From Carpediemonas membranifera BICM (lineage: Eukaryota > Protista > Fornicata): 64,000 nt of DNA. The notes under the pieces were generated by a model. The model saw only the letters and a list, made by a program, of their open reading frames with translations. It did no database searches and was not told the DNA's origin. Below are positions 62,638-64,000 of the stretch, one piece after another. The stretch covers positions 248,001 through 312,000 of the forward strand of contig JAHDYR010000069.1 in the NCBI GenBank assembly GCA_019828565.1, given 5' to 3'. The position numbers and the translations under genes are program-made. Each line of letters begins with the position of its first letter. The first letter of the stretch is position 1.

Positions 62638-63343
62638 ATGTCGAGTCGTCGACTCGCAACGAGACCAACGATGCCCAATACGTTCAGGACAGCCTTGGTA
62701 TGCGCCAGTAATGTGAATAGGAGTGTAGAAGCACACAAATACTTCCTTGACCATGGCTTTGATTCCGCGTTGGTGAGCTCATACGGCGCTGCCGACATCA
62801 TCCGCCTCCCATCGTCCACGGGCAAGCCTCTCTCTGCTCCGTTCAGCACAAACGAGAGAAGTGCAAGAAAGACGACCTATCAGATGCTCATTGATCGTTG
62901 CAAGGACGCAGCGGCTGATTTGTTCGTCCCCCTCCCATCATTGACACAGCTACGCCCGAGAGGGGATCATCGCCATGCTTGAGCGCGACATCACTGTCAA
63001 GGAGGCACCCGAAAGCTTCCAGCTGACCTTCCGTGCCTCTAGGAGGGCTGCCTTCCCCCAACTCGTCATCTGTTTCGAGGAGGCGGTTTATGTCGACCTT
63101 TGCCGGTTCATGCAGGTCGAGATGCAGACTGTAGACCTCATACCGGTACTCGTAGTCAACATCGAGACCCCTGATTCAATCAAATCAGCTGGAATCGGTG
63201 CAGAGGAGGCGTTTAGAGTTGCGTCTGCCCTAGGCAAGATCGAGCCTGCCGAGTGGATTGACAAGGCCGATGGCGTGTTCCGAGAGCTTAATGAGGAGAA
63301 GGAGTCCACTAAGGGTATGCTTCACACGTTCTTCTTCGTATGA
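62638..63343 (+). CDS. SSU72: RNA polymerase II CTD phosphatase Ssu72; one 28-nt intron (62922-62949)
   Basis: Catalytic VCASNVNRS. Removing GTTCGT...TTGACACAG joins the two ORFs as AADF|YAREGIIAMLERD; VICFEEAVY follows. Confidence 0.9.
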
Positions 63344-63495
63344 GGGGGATCTGCGGATGAATGGATGATATAAACACAGCATCAAGGCACTGTTGGCGGT
63401 ATGTGCGGCGCGGTGTACGATTGTATTGGCGTTGACAAGTTGGCGCGACTGACCCAAAAGTGCGTTTGCGGAAAATTCTGAGGGCGCCATACACG

Positions 63496-64000
63496 ATGCC
63501 AGAATACTGGCACGCCTTTGAACAGAACGAGCATAGATACATAGCATATATAGATGTGGAGGAGAAGAAACTGCAGCTTATCCTCGAGTCCCTGGTCGTA
63601 GAGGACTCCTACTGGGCCTGTAGCTACACAGCGAGCGGTACGTCCGGTCTATCATTCCATTTATGCAGGTATAGAAGAAATCACACATGGAACCAAGCAC
63701 AAGGCTTCCTTTGACGACTTTTGCGTGATGCTTCACAACGCTCTCCGCAGCGACCGCGACTCACACGTTTTCGTCCGACTCCTCACGGCCGACGACATCC
63801 AGAACCTAGCTGCAAGTCACCCCGACGCCAGCACGTCCATCACGCCGAAGTCTGGCATCATGTACTTCTGCGTTCGCCTCGACGATCAAATCGGTGGGGC
63901 CAAGATTGAAGCAACATACTCGCTGCGGCTAGAGAGACTGGAGGCGCCGACCAATGCTGCTCTGAGCAAGACAATCCGCCGGCTCAGACAGGAGAATATG
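63496..64000 (+). CDS. CCDC61: CCDC61/VFL3-like basal-body protein (partial); 31-nt intron at 63638-63668
   Basis: Spliced product WACSYTASG|IEEITHGTKHKASFDDFCVMLHNAL...LLTADDIQNL...TIRRLRQEN resembles the CCDC61 head domain. Intron is GTACGT...TTTATGCAG. Confidence 0.65.

Noticed and set aside
20135-63714. Apparent frameshifts in AMMECR1, Ssu72, CCDC61 and dynein (programmed frameshifting or pseudogenes)
   Set aside because: Each is resolved exactly by a 28-37 nt GT-AG intron that restores conserved motifs.
1-64000. CRISPR arrays, rRNA, prokaryotic operons or defence islands
   Set aside because: No repeat-spacer array or rRNA-like sequence was seen. Gene content and introns are eukaryotic.

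Overview
A gene-dense eukaryotic window, not a prokaryotic one. Flagellar dynein, a pyruvate:ferredoxin oxidoreductase homologue, a flavodoxin-ferredoxin fusion and very short spliceosomal introns (mostly 28-37 nt; GTNYGY donor, branch A fixed 6 nt from the 3' end) point to an anaerobic flagellate, most likely a free-living metamonad such as Carpediemonas (inference). It holds about 27 protein genes, a tRNA-Gly(CCC), a U1 snRNA gene and a 188-bp dispersed repeat in two inverted copies. Three systems stand out. (1) A DNAH10-type dynein heavy chain stops at the end of AAA1 exactly at a splice donor with no dynein continuation. It is followed by a 12-nt motif (TAACAACATCAA) that also sits just 3' of the neighbouring U1 snRNA, which suggests a Giardia-style trans-spliced split intron. 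(2) Two paralogous WD40-family genes build an N-terminal C4 zinc finger from in-frame micro-exons, including a 3-nt exon. (3) A ~1,965-aa protein joins a PARG-type macrodomain, about 11 PBZ-like fingers, a DarT-like ADP-ribosyltransferase fold and a vWA domain, so it may be an ADP-ribosylation writer, reader and eraser in one chain. All family assignments come from motif recognition by eye; no database searches were run.
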